A stretch of 64,000 nucleotides of DNA from an uncultured Pseudomonadota bacterium (GTDB lineage Bacteria > Oederibacteriota > Muellerivitia > Muellerivitales > Muellerivitaceae): assembly GCA_963836235.1 (NCBI GenBank), contig CAWIIP010000004.1, positions 96,001 through 160,000 of the forward strand. Direction: 5' to 3'. The position numbers and the translations under genes were made by a program. Shown here in pieces: positions 42,571 through 50,793 of the stretch (the stretch's first letter is position 1; the number at the start of each line of letters is the position of its first letter). The notes beneath the pieces are model-generated. The model saw only the letters and a program-made list of their open reading frames with translations, was not told the DNA's origin and made no database searches.

Positions 42571-42831
42571 ATGACAGTAGCGACCACAAAGCTTTCCTCG
42601 AAGGGGCAGGTAGTTATTCCTGAATCCATCCGCAAGAGCCTGCATCTCAAAGAAGGAGACCAATTCGTCGTCGTCGGCCAGGGGGATTCGGTGATCTTCA
42701 AAGCCATCACCCCGCCTTCCCTGAATCAACTTGACGGCTTACTGGCGACGGCGCGAAAGCAGGCGCGTGAAGCCAGCTTGCGCCCATCGGATATAAAGAC
42801 CGCGATTGCCCGGGTCCGGCGCGGTAAATGA
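42571..42831 (+). CDS. AbrB/MazE/SpoVT-family antitoxin
   Basis: SSKGQVVIP..IR..L.L..GD. Confidence 0.9.
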   Translation: MTVATTKLSSKGQVVIPESIRKSLHLKEGDQFVVVGQGDSVIFKAITPPSLNQLDGLLATARKQAREASLRPSDIKTAIARVRRGK

Positions 42832-43229
42832 AAAGGATTGTTGTAATCGACACAAATGTTCTTGTGTCAGGAATCTTCTGGAAAGGGACACCTTACCAAG
42901 TAATTAAATCTTGGGAACGGGGCGACTTCAAGTTGTTGGCATCCCCGGAAATCTTTGATGAATACCGCCGTGTCTTCGCCGACCTTGCCAAACGGCATCC
43001 CGGCGTCGAGGTTGGGGCCATCCTTGAAATTATCGAATTGAATTGCGAATTGGTGAATGCCAAACCTGTCCACGGTGTTTGTAAAGACCCAGATGATGAT
43101 AAGTTCATAGCAGTGGCATTGGCAGGTGGCGCTGAGTTTATTGTCTCAGGCGACAAGGCATTGTTGGATGTTGGGGTTCATCAAAATGTTAAAATCATGA
43201 ATCCGTCCAATTTTCTGAAAAACCTATAA
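42828..43229 (+). CDS. PIN-domain toxin (VapC-like)
   Basis: VIDTNVLVS, DPDDDKF, IVSGDK.LL; overlaps antitoxin stop. Confidence 0.9.
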   Translation: MKRIVVIDTNVLVSGIFWKGTPYQVIKSWERGDFKLLASPEIFDEYRRVFADLAKRHPGVEVGAILEIIELNCELVNAKPVHGVCKDPDDDKFIAVALAGGAEFIVSGDKALLDVGVHQNVKIMNPSNFLKNL

Positions 43230-43234
43230 TTGGG

Positions 43235-43264
43235 TTGTCCACGACGGGGACCCGTCGTGGACAG
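43235..43264 (+). repeat. Palindromic cassette-boundary site S4
   Basis: TTGTCCACGACGGG-GA-CCCGTCGTGGACAG, 5 nt after the PIN stop. Confidence 0.95.
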
Positions 43265-43300
43265 GCTAAATTGAAAAGTATGTTTATAGATGAGGCTTAA

Positions 43301-43978
43301 ATGAAGCGAAAATTAATCATGATACTTTTTTTATCATGCTCACAATTATGGGCAATTACACCCACGGCATCCCCTGGGCCCGACCCATCTGATGTCGAGG
43401 TAGTGAAGGATATTGATAATCCGAATAAAACCATTACAGCCGATTTTAAAGAAATTTTTATTAAGGCGAGCCATCAACCAACAAATATGGTTTGGCCCTA
43501 TTATCTAGACTTGGAAGGAAGGGGTCGGGACGAAGTCATAGTTTTTGGGGGTAGCAAACTTTTAGTTTTGAATCCAAATACTTTAAAAGTCGTTTTTGTA
43601 TTAAAAAACGATTTTAAAATTGATTTCGATACTGACGATAATATTCATTTTGGCCGAATTATTCAAAAAGGGCCCTATTGTTTTTGGTTTGAAAAAATCA
43701 CAAAAGTTCCAATGGCTGAAAATATGGTTCTTATGTCTTATGACTGGTCCTATGAGTGGTTTTTTTATTCTTTCATAGATGGCCAATGGAAAAGAGTTTT
43801 TTGCCAGAAATTTATAGGGCAGGATGACCACTACGGTGATGATCCCAACAATGAGGTGGATTTAAAGGATGGTAATTTAAGATGTGTAGATGTAACGGCA
43901 AGATGGGATAAAAAGTATAATTGCTTTGTTAAAATAGCTAAAACCAAGTTTAAGGCCCACACTGGTACCGGAAATTGA
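43301..43978 (+). CDS. Hypothetical secreted protein (AT-rich cassette)
   Basis: 225 aa ORF with signal peptide filling S4-S5. Confidence 0.7.
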   Translation: MKRKLIMILFLSCSQLWAITPTASPGPDPSDVEVVKDIDNPNKTITADFKEIFIKASHQPTNMVWPYYLDLEGRGRDEVIVFGGSKLLVLNPNTLKVVFVLKNDFKIDFDTDDNIHFGRIIQKGPYCFWFEKITKVPMAENMVLMSYDWSYEWFFYSFIDGQWKRVFCQKFIGQDDHYGDDPNNEVDLKDGNLRCVDVTARWDKKYNCFVKIAKTKFKAHTGTGN

Positions 43979-43997
43979 ATTTGAGACACATTAGATG

Positions 43998-44027
43998 ATG
44001 TCCACGATGGGGACCCGTCGTGGACAG
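43998..44027 (+). repeat. Palindromic cassette-boundary site S5
   Basis: ATGTCCACGATGGG-GA-CCCGTCGTGGACAG. Confidence 0.95.
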
Positions 44028-44036
44028 GGGACACCA

Positions 44037-44066
44037 TTGCATTGTAACTACATTGTAGTGTATACT
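44037..44066 (+). promoter_or_regulatory. brnTA promoter with palindromic operator
   Basis: TTGCAT-18-TATACT; ACTACA-T-TGTAGT (44047-44059) in the spacer. Confidence 0.65.
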
Positions 44067-44072
44067 TAAGCC

Positions 44073-44345
44073 ATGCTCGTCATTTGGGATCCCCAGAAAG
44101 CTATTTCCAATCTAAGAAAGCACGGGGTCTCATTTGAAGAGGCCCAATCCGTCTTGGAATCCGACGTTCAGTTGGTGCTGGAAGACAGGGGACACCACGA
44201 AGAAAGATTCGTCGCGCTTGGGTATTCGAAGAAACTAAACCTATTGGTGGTGGTTTACGCGTATCGGGAGATCGATGTTATTCGGATCATCTCGGCCCGT
44301 AAGGCCATACGAAAGGAAAGGGAAAACTATGAAAAAAGAATATGA
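44073..44345 (+). CDS. brnT: BrnT-family toxin
   Basis: WD..K...N..KHG.SF, EERF, IRIISARKA. Confidence 0.9.
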   Translation: MLVIWDPQKAISNLRKHGVSFEEAQSVLESDVQLVLEDRGHHEERFVALGYSKKLNLLVVVYAYREIDVIRIISARKAIRKERENYEKRI

Positions 44346-44586
44346 TTTTTCAAAAGCTAAGGTTCATAAAGGCCCTCTGTTGGCTTCCAAGGGCTCTAAA
44401 ATTCAGAAAACTTTCCGGTTGGATGAGTCTGTTTACCTTTGGCTCATCGAGGAAGGCAAAAAACTAGGAATCCCCTATCAAACCCTCATGAACTCGATTT
44501 TGAAGCGTTCGATGTCCGATAACTCAACCCTCGAAGAACGCGTCCGAAAAATCGAACATAAATTAGGCCTGAAAAAGACAGGCTGA
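44329..44586 (+). CDS. brnA: BrnA-family antitoxin
   Basis: MKKEYDFSK, RLD..V..W, GIPYQTLMN..L. Confidence 0.88.
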   Translation: MKKEYDFSKAKVHKGPLLASKGSKIQKTFRLDESVYLWLIEEGKKLGIPYQTLMNSILKRSMSDNSTLEERVRKIEHKLGLKKTG

Positions 44587-44623
44587 TTTCCTCGAACAAA
44601 TCGGTTTTGTGAACTCGAAAACT

Positions 44624-44653
44624 CTGTCCACGGCGGGGACCCGTCGTGGACAC
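44624..44653 (+). repeat. Palindromic cassette-boundary site S6
   Basis: CTGTCCACGGCGGG-GA-CCCGTCGTGGACAC. Confidence 0.95.
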
Positions 44654-44701
44654 TTAAATTAAAAATGTGCTTTTAATCGAATGGGCGGGAGGAATTCTTA
44701 A

Positions 44702-45235
44702 GTGCGGCATTTTCTTTCGATGGTTTTGATTTTTGTGTTAGCGCCGATAGTGTGGGCAGACGAGGGTACCCCGGTCCCCACCCCAACCCACCCCCCTATC
44801 ACAACCCATTGGACGACCCTGGGAGGAATGCAATATTTACAAAATAACAAGGCGTTATCCGGGCCTGAGTTGAAAGATCTTATTAACTCCATCGACGATC
44901 AACAAGCCACCGCACTTCTGAATAAATCTGAATCGGATGAAACGCTAGGATTTTTTGGATTGGGTGGTTCGGTAATCCTGTCGGTTGGGTCTTTATTCTT
45001 CCCGAATACGCATATCTACATATTTGGCCTGGATATTTCCACTCCTTATATGCCTATCGCCGTTCCGGGGGCGGTTTTAGGCGTCGCGGGCGGGCTCCTT
45101 GAACTCGAAGCCAATACCGCCAAATACGCCTCTGTCCAACGCTATAACCACGTTACTAAACAATCGGATTCAATTACTTGGAACCTCACTCCCCAAAAAG
45201 ACGGTTTGGGCTTAAGTTTAGGTTATAGCTTTTGA
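44702..45235 (+). CDS. Hypothetical secreted/membrane protein
   Basis: Signal peptide, TPTH linker, C-terminal GLSLGYSF strand. Confidence 0.65.
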   Translation: MRHFLSMVLIFVLAPIVWADEGTPVPTPTHPPITTHWTTLGGMQYLQNNKALSGPELKDLINSIDDQQATALLNKSESDETLGFFGLGGSVILSVGSLFFPNTHIYIFGLDISTPYMPIAVPGAVLGVAGGLLELEANTAKYASVQRYNHVTKQSDSITWNLTPQKDGLGLSLGYSF

Positions 45236-45267
45236 ATACCAGATCAAATTGGGATTGAAAGAGTTCT

Positions 45268-46530
45268 ATGGTTAAGAAGGGCTTTACACAAAAACGTTCC
45301 CGGCGGGTTACCCTGAAAAAAACCTCTTTTCTCTATCTGTCTTTATTTGTAATGACAATGCTCTCCCTCGGATTCCTTTTTCAGGGTTGCACTTTACTTT
45401 TTGTGTCAAAAGGCGAAACACGGTACGTCGAAAATAAGACGCCTCAAACTCCCCCAGCGCCGTCACTCTCCCGTCAAATGAATAAAACGGTTGTTTTAAA
45501 ATACAAAGTTCAGGAAGGGGATACCTTCCAGTCCATTGCCGCCATTTACTATGGCGTGACTTCAAAAGCATCCAAGGTGGCATCCGCAAACCATTTGAGC
45601 CTGAAATCGAAGTTGAAAGAAGGAAAGGTCTTGAGGATCGTGGACCCGGTTAATTTCCCGAACCCCAAGGAATTGGTGAAGAAGAAACCGACAGCCCAGA
45701 CTACGACTGAAACCCCGAAACCCGGCCCTATATCCCACCTAGATACCACGCCGGAAAACATCACCCAAGTACCCCGTCCTAAAAAGAACTACGCCTTTGG
45801 GCCCGGAGAAAAGCTTACCTTTGAAGTAAAAGCTCTTTCCATGGTGGGGGGATACGGGACATTGGAGATTGGGAATCCGGTCACTGTCCAAGACCGTCCT
45901 TGTTATCCACTGTCCGCCAAAGCCACGGCGGCTTTTCCTTTCAGCATGGTTTACCAGGTACATGATGTGCAAACGAGTTATTTTGATGTGGTGGACTTCC
46001 TGACCTGGAAATTCGAGAACGACGTTCTGGAAGGCAAGCACAAGGCCCAGAACTTGGAAATCTATGACCAGGTCAAACACAAGGTCGTACGGTCCAAGGG
46101 AAATGAGCCTCCTGAGGAAATAGACATAGCCCCCTTCACCCAGGACATTATTTCCTGCTTTTTCTACTTCCGCCTTCTGCCTCTCGAAGTCGGGAAGAAC
46201 TATTCCATTCCCGCTCAGGCCGCAGGCTACAACTATAACTTGATCGTGGAGGTCATCAAAAAAGAACGAATTACCATACCTTCCGGTACTTATGATTGTC
46301 TGTTAGTGAAACCCCATGTCCGGTACGCGACGGTTTTTCGCAACACGGACGATATCAATATTTGGCTTACCGATGACCAAAGGCATTTGCCGGTATTGGT
46401 CACCAGCAAAATATTTATCGGAAATGTTGAGGCGACCCTTATCGAGGCTAACCTGCCAAAAGTGAAAGAACCTGAGAAAAAGCCCGAACCAAGAATCCAA
46501 ACCCATAAGCGCAAAAAGGAGGAAGAATGA
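45268..46530 (+). CDS. LysM + DUF3108-like protein
   Basis: YKVQEGDT..SIA..YYG LysM; GEKL.F.V, E.ITIPSG.YDC, IWL.DD.R..PV. Confidence 0.75.
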   Translation: MVKKGFTQKRSRRVTLKKTSFLYLSLFVMTMLSLGFLFQGCTLLFVSKGETRYVENKTPQTPPAPSLSRQMNKTVVLKYKVQEGDTFQSIAAIYYGVTSKASKVASANHLSLKSKLKEGKVLRIVDPVNFPNPKELVKKKPTAQTTTETPKPGPISHLDTTPENITQVPRPKKNYAFGPGEKLTFEVKALSMVGGYGTLEIGNPVTVQDRPCYPLSAKATAAFPFSMVYQVHDVQTSYFDVVDFLTWKFENDVLEGKHKAQNLEIYDQVKHKVVRSKGNEPPEEIDIAPFTQDIISCFFYFRLLPLEVGKNYSIPAQAAGYNYNLIVEVIKKERITIPSGTYDCLLVKPHVRYATVFRNTDDINIWLTDDQRHLPVLVTSKIFIGNVEATLIEANLPKVKEPEKKPEPRIQTHKRKKEEE

Positions 46531-47012
46531 ACGATCCTCAGGAAATTAATCGAACTTTTAACCGTCCATTTTCGAAAGCGGCCTTTCTTCTCCTGCTTTT
46601 GCTCTTACTTCCAACTCCAAAAGCCTATTGCCGTAACGAAGCCGTAACCATCCCGCTTATCGCGGCGGATTATTATGGATGGGCCTATACCGAAGCCTTC
46701 ATGGATAAGTCCTATGTTTACGGCTGGTCCACGGCAGGCGTGGACACCTTGGGGTGGACGATCCTTCTGACACGGAAGGAATATTCGGGTTTGTTTTTCG
46801 TCAATGTGGCGGGCATCGCCAAAACCGTGTATCCGGTGGTACAGCTTTTAGCTTCGTCGGACTCGGATACCCGAAGCCGGGCGTGGATTGCCTTGGGTAC
46901 CCATACCGCGACGCTGATAAGCCTGGAACTTTTAGGCAAACCGGCTTTGAGCATTCAAACCATGGTTCCTAAAAATGGGGGCTATGGGGCGTCGTTGGCT
47001 TTTCGGTTTTAA
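46527..47012 (+). CDS. Hypothetical secreted/membrane protein
   Basis: Signal-like hydrophobic stretch; C-terminal aromatic strand; overlaps upstream stop. Confidence 0.6.
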   Translation: MNDPQEINRTFNRPFSKAAFLLLLLLLLPTPKAYCRNEAVTIPLIAADYYGWAYTEAFMDKSYVYGWSTAGVDTLGWTILLTRKEYSGLFFVNVAGIAKTVYPVVQLLASSDSDTRSRAWIALGTHTATLISLELLGKPALSIQTMVPKNGGYGASLAFRF

Positions 47013-47039
47013 AATAACACCAAATAATAAGAGGGAAAA

Positions 47040-47414
47040 ATGGACGATTTGATTCTGTATTTAGGTGCTTTCCTGATTGGGTCTATTCCGTTCGGATTTT
47101 TGTTGGCAATGACGTTCAAGAAAATCGACTTGAGGAAAAAGGGGACCGGCGATGTCGGCGTGACCAATGCCTGGAAGGTAGCGGGTACCCCATTGGGCCT
47201 GTTGACGCTAGTTTTGGATATTTTAAAAGGTGGCACGGCAATTTTCCTGGCCCATGGACTTTCCCCCAAAGACCAGCCGGATTGGGTTCTGGCCGGTTTC
47301 CTAGCCTTGCTTGCCGATGAATTTCCCGTTTTCTTAAAGTTCAAGGGCGGTAGAGGGATCGGAACAAGCATAGGCGTTTTTGCGTCGCTTCTTTACTGGA
47401 TGTTGAGTAAGTAA
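47040..47414 (+). CDS. Short PlsY-like glycerol-3-phosphate acyltransferase (truncated/degenerate)
   Basis: GSIPFG, DLR..G.G..G.TNA, D.LKG, FKGG.G; 124 aa; His of the GH.FP motif replaced (ADEFP). Confidence 0.7.
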   Translation: MDDLILYLGAFLIGSIPFGFLLAMTFKKIDLRKKGTGDVGVTNAWKVAGTPLGLLTLVLDILKGGTAIFLAHGLSPKDQPDWVLAGFLALLADEFPVFLKFKGGRGIGTSIGVFASLLYWMLSK

Positions 47415-47456
47415 AGGATCCAGCATTTTATAAACTCGTTGAAATGGTGAAAACCC

Positions 47457-47486
47457 CTGTCCACGACGGGGACCAGCCGTGGACAA
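47457..47486 (+). repeat. Palindromic cassette-boundary site S7
   Basis: CTGTCCACGACGGG-GA-CCAGCCGTGGACAA. Confidence 0.92.
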
Positions 47487-47523
47487 CCTCGTCCAGGCTT
47501 TTTGAACCTCACAGTGGTATGAG

Positions 47524-48300
47524 TCAGTTTTTGAAAATGCTCCAAATGTGATTAAGGAATTTTTTTGGTTTTGGCCCTGTTTCATTTTTTTGAACATCCG
47601 GCTTGGCAAGATCAAAGAGAAGAATTTCGGTGGGCATTTGGGCCGTAAATGAAACGGAAATTTCATCGGATAAACCGGCACCATCCCCTGTTTGAAGTTT
47701 TAGATCATTCATTAGAATTTGACCGCTCACCACATGAAGCCATCCGTTTCGGTCCGGGCCAAGCTCATGAATTACATGATTGCCCTTTTGAATGAGCGTG
47801 GAGTACATCCGAACGTCCTTTTGTATTTTGAGCGATTCCTTTTCCCCCTCGGGAGAGGCGATGAGTTTCAAAATCCCCTTCCGTTCTGCGTGAGTAAAGT
47901 GTTTTTTTCTATTGCCCGGTTTCGACACAAACATGCTTGGGATAAACCCGCTTTGGAAGACATGTGCGTCATCGGTTAGCAAAGTGTCGAACCCATACTC
48001 TTTTATGACGGAAGCGAGATTGATCTGATGGATTTCCCCGGATTCAAGCAACCCGGACGTTCCCAATGGGCCATCATAGATAATTAAGCCTTCCTTAACA
48101 TAAGCTACGATCACTGCATTCTCATGGGTGCTTAGTATGAATCCCGTACCTGGGGAAAGTATTTCTTCGTTGAATATTTTGAGTCCGCCAAACCCATTTT
48201 GTAGGGAATCGGTATTATTTTCCCAGTCGAAGGTTCTCCAGGTGTTTCGAACATTGTCCGCAATATGACGACGTTCTTCCGACTTCCGCACGTTAATCAT
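47524..48300 (-). CDS. Pirin-like bicupin (YhhW/YhaK type)
   Basis: GFG.L...NEE, SLKIQ.DV, R.GWLHVV.G, GDGA, EILLFDL. Confidence 0.8.
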   Translation of the reverse strand: MINVRKSEERRHIADNVRNTWRTFDWENNTDSLQNGFGGLKIFNEEILSPGTGFILSTHENAVIVAYVKEGLIIYDGPLGTSGLLESGEIHQINLASVIKEYGFDTLLTDDAHVFQSGFIPSMFVSKPGNRKKHFTHAERKGILKLIASPEGEKESLKIQKDVRMYSTLIQKGNHVIHELGPDRNGWLHVVSGQILMNDLKLQTGDGAGLSDEISVSFTAQMPTEILLFDLAKPDVQKNETGPKPKKFLNHIWSIFKN

Positions 48301-48580
48301 TTTTTTGATTTCGTAATCGTTATTGGACGTTCAGCGAAGTCTAGTATGAGTCGGTTTAAAAAAGTTCGGGGGGGGGCGAAATTTTAGATAGAACTCTCAT
48401 GGGAGATTCTCCGAAGCGGTGGATTGTGTGCGAAAAAATTGATGTTTAAAATATACCCTGGTTTGAAAATTAAACCTGCCGAATTCGAAACTATTTAATA
48501 TTCAAGATTCTCCCACTGGCAGATTTATCAAAATGAGAGCCATGAAAAAGGAAAAAATGGTTAAATTTAGGAGTTGAGGG

Positions 48581-48610
48581 TTGTCCACGACGGGGACCCG
48601 TCGTGGACAG
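48581..48610 (+). repeat. Palindromic cassette-boundary site S8
   Basis: TTGTCCACGACGGG-GA-CCCGTCGTGGACAG. Confidence 0.95.
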
Positions 48611-48650
48611 GGCGAAACCATAAAAAGTCGTTCCATTGGAGGTGAATTTA

Positions 48651-49085
48651 ATGGCTATTGATACCAGTGGCAAGTTCTGGAAAGGTCAAAACACCGACGA
48701 CTTGATCGAATATATCCGTCTTCTCACAAAAGAGGGATATCCCACCAGTAAACATGTCGTCGCTAAATGTACCTGCGGAAAACAACACTTCCAACTTACC
48801 GCTGACCAAGATGAAGGATGCGCCAAACGCATTTGTACTTCCTGCGGGAAAGAAACGTTTATTTGCGATAGTGAAGAAGCGTGGCAGGACTCCTCCTCGA
48901 AGAAATTAAAGTGTAAATGCAAAACGGACATTTTTGAGATCGTTGTTGGCTTTTCCCTGAGAGACGATGGTGAGATAAAATGGGTTAACGTCGGTCAACG
49001 ATGTGTTAATTGCGGAATACTTGGGTCGTATGTTAATTGGGGTATTGATTATGCTCCAACGAAACAACTTTATACGATGGTATGA
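48651..49085 (+). CDS. Hypothetical Cys-rich (double zinc-ribbon-like) protein
   Basis: CTCG, CTSCG, CKC, CVNCG; GGAGGTG RBS. Confidence 0.75.
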   Translation: MAIDTSGKFWKGQNTDDLIEYIRLLTKEGYPTSKHVVAKCTCGKQHFQLTADQDEGCAKRICTSCGKETFICDSEEAWQDSSSKKLKCKCKTDIFEIVVGFSLRDDGEIKWVNVGQRCVNCGILGSYVNWGIDYAPTKQLYTMV

Positions 49086-49086
49086 C

Positions 49087-49102
49087 TTGTCCACGACGGG
49101 GA
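49087..49102 (+). repeat. Half site S9 (left arm + central GA)
   Basis: TTGTCCACGACGGG-GA then GGCAAAG. Confidence 0.9.
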
Positions 49103-49115
49103 GGCAAAGTAAACA

Positions 49116-49403
49116 ATGTATTTTAAGTTTTTGAATAAGCCGATACCAAAACGTGTTTACATTGAAACTAAATGGCTAAGGAAATTAGTGGCTTGGTATC
49201 TTATAGTTCACACGTTAATAGGGTATTTAATATTCTGGAAAATTTTTCCCCGGTATCATGCAGATGGTTCACTGAACCCTTGGTATTTTGTTTTTTTGCC
49301 CGTGATGTTGTTATGCGTTCTTATAACTTTTGTTATCTTTTATTGCTTTGTGGGTTATGTGGAAAAGTTTTTCCTTAAAAAGCCAAAAAATATAAAAAGA
49401 TGA
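49116..49403 (+). CDS. Hypothetical two-TM membrane protein (AT-rich cassette)
   Basis: 95 aa ORF filling S9-S10. Confidence 0.6.
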   Translation: MYFKFLNKPIPKRVYIETKWLRKLVAWYLIVHTLIGYLIFWKIFPRYHADGSLNPWYFVFLPVMLLCVLITFVIFYCFVGYVEKFFLKKPKNIKR

Positions 49404-49408
49404 TTAGA

Positions 49409-49438
49409 TTGTCCACGACGGGGACCCATCGTGGACAG
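49409..49438 (+). repeat. Palindromic cassette-boundary site S10
   Basis: TTGTCCACGACGGG-GA-CCCATCGTGGACAG. Confidence 0.95.
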
Positions 49439-49481
49439 GGAAAAGGCTTTAGAAGGCTTTTCGATATGAGGAGTAAAATTA

Positions 49482-49811
49482 ATGAGCGATGAAGAGATTT
49501 TTGAAAGCGCCATCAATCAAAACGGGGATTTGGGCGCTGTATTCGAACGGGCGGACGGCACTTGTTACTTTTACTTATGCAAAATAAAAGATGGAAAACC
49601 AGATGGGGTAATGGACACGATTCATGTCACCTCAAAAAAACCTGATTTTGGTCAAAAGGATATTGAAGTGAAGTGGAATCACTCAGGGGAAAAGGTTGGT
49701 TTCTTAGTGAAGGGGAAACTCGTTGCATTTTTTGACACGAAAACGAAAAGCAAACATGGAGAGAATATGACTCCGATTATTCCGGAGATCGTCGAAAGCT
49801 TCGGGGTTTAG
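49482..49811 (+). CDS. DUF2251-like hypothetical protein
   Basis: VFE..DGT.YFY and W...G.K.G......A.FD pattern; GAGGAG RBS. Confidence 0.6.
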   Translation: MSDEEIFESAINQNGDLGAVFERADGTCYFYLCKIKDGKPDGVMDTIHVTSKKPDFGQKDIEVKWNHSGEKVGFLVKGKLVAFFDTKTKSKHGENMTPIIPEIVESFGV

Positions 49812-49832
49812 AAAGCAAACAATAATTTGAGG

Positions 49833-49862
49833 TTGTCCACGATGGGGAGCCGTATTGGACGG
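49833..49862 (+). repeat. Palindromic cassette-boundary site S11 (degenerate right arm)
   Basis: TTGTCCACGATGGG-GA-GCCGTATTGGACGG. Confidence 0.88.
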
Positions 49863-49964
49863 TTAAATGATTAGTAGGCTTATTCAATAAGGGGAGGCGT
49901 TTATGAAATGGTGGATGAAAGGCCATTTTAATGGCGTTGAATTCATGTGGTGTGAGGTTCACAA

Positions 49965-50627
49965 ATGTTTCTGAATAGAGAAAAATATAAATGGTCTTTT
50001 GTTGGGATCGTTATAGGTTTTTTAATAGCGGGATGTTTTTGTAATGGTTTATTGTTTCATGAATGGAAAGATGTTATGGCGGCGTTGATTGGAGCTGCAG
50101 TTGGCGGTGGAGTTACATGGCTTACTACCAGAGAATTAATAGATCAACAAATTAAACTTGAAAAAGTGAAAAGCGAATTAATACAAATTCACTTCATTAA
50201 AGCCGTGAAAACAGAAATTAAAATTCTAAAAGATATTTATATGCAAATGGTTGGTAACGAAACTGAAAAACTTAAAGTTGGAGAACCTTTGAACCTTACG
50301 TGGTCAAATCACCAAGATTATTTTACGATTTATCAAGGCAACAGCAGTTTTATAGGTGGGGTGACAGATGATGCCTTGCGGGAATTGATTGTGGCCACAT
50401 ATGCGAAGGCGAAGGGGTTGTTGGATTCATACAGTCACAATAACGAATTGGTTGAAAGACTAGATTATTTAGCTAAAGAAAGTCGCACAGGATTTGGTAT
50501 GAAGCCGACGGTTACCGCAGAACAGTACAAAGATCATTTAACAATGATGGTTAAATATGCCGAAGGTATCAAAGGTTCGCATCAAGACTTTTTAAAAAAC
50601 GTAAATGAGTTATTGGCGAAAATCTAA
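49965..50627 (+). CDS. Hypothetical membrane-anchored helical protein
   Basis: Two N-terminal TMs (ALIGAAVGGGVT), helical C-terminus; AT-rich. Confidence 0.7.
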   Translation: MFLNREKYKWSFVGIVIGFLIAGCFCNGLLFHEWKDVMAALIGAAVGGGVTWLTTRELIDQQIKLEKVKSELIQIHFIKAVKTEIKILKDIYMQMVGNETEKLKVGEPLNLTWSNHQDYFTIYQGNSSFIGGVTDDALRELIVATYAKAKGLLDSYSHNNELVERLDYLAKESRTGFGMKPTVTAEQYKDHLTMMVKYAEGIKGSHQDFLKNVNELLAKI

Positions 50628-50640
50628 AAGGGGGTCTTGG

Positions 50641-50656
50641 TTGTCCACGACGGGGA
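50641..50656 (+). repeat. Half site S12 (left arm + central GA)
   Basis: TTGTCCACGACGGG-GA then GGCGTCC. Confidence 0.9.
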
Positions 50657-50793
50657 GGCGTCCTTCTTAATTGCAATCCCAAGACCTGGCCCCATTTTTT
50701 CAGACCCAATTTTCCATAATCGTACGAGATGGTCAACACGGTTAGTCTCATTTCCATTCTAACGTCCTTAGGACTTTCAACCGTTTTTAAATA

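Noticed and set aside
42472-43998. Two consecutive cassettes both 763 bp long
   Set aside because: Unrelated content, and other intervals vary widely; treated as coincidence.
39626-50656. 30-bp palindromic repeats as a CRISPR array
   Set aside because: Intervals are 0.3-2.8 kb and contain whole genes; no cas genes are present.
39626-50656. The repeats as intrinsic terminators or classical attC/REP elements
   Set aside because: No T-tails, and orientation is fixed regardless of flanking gene direction; no RYYYAAC/GTTRRRY boxes; no GTAG/GGAG REP foot or RAYT gene; absent from the core region.
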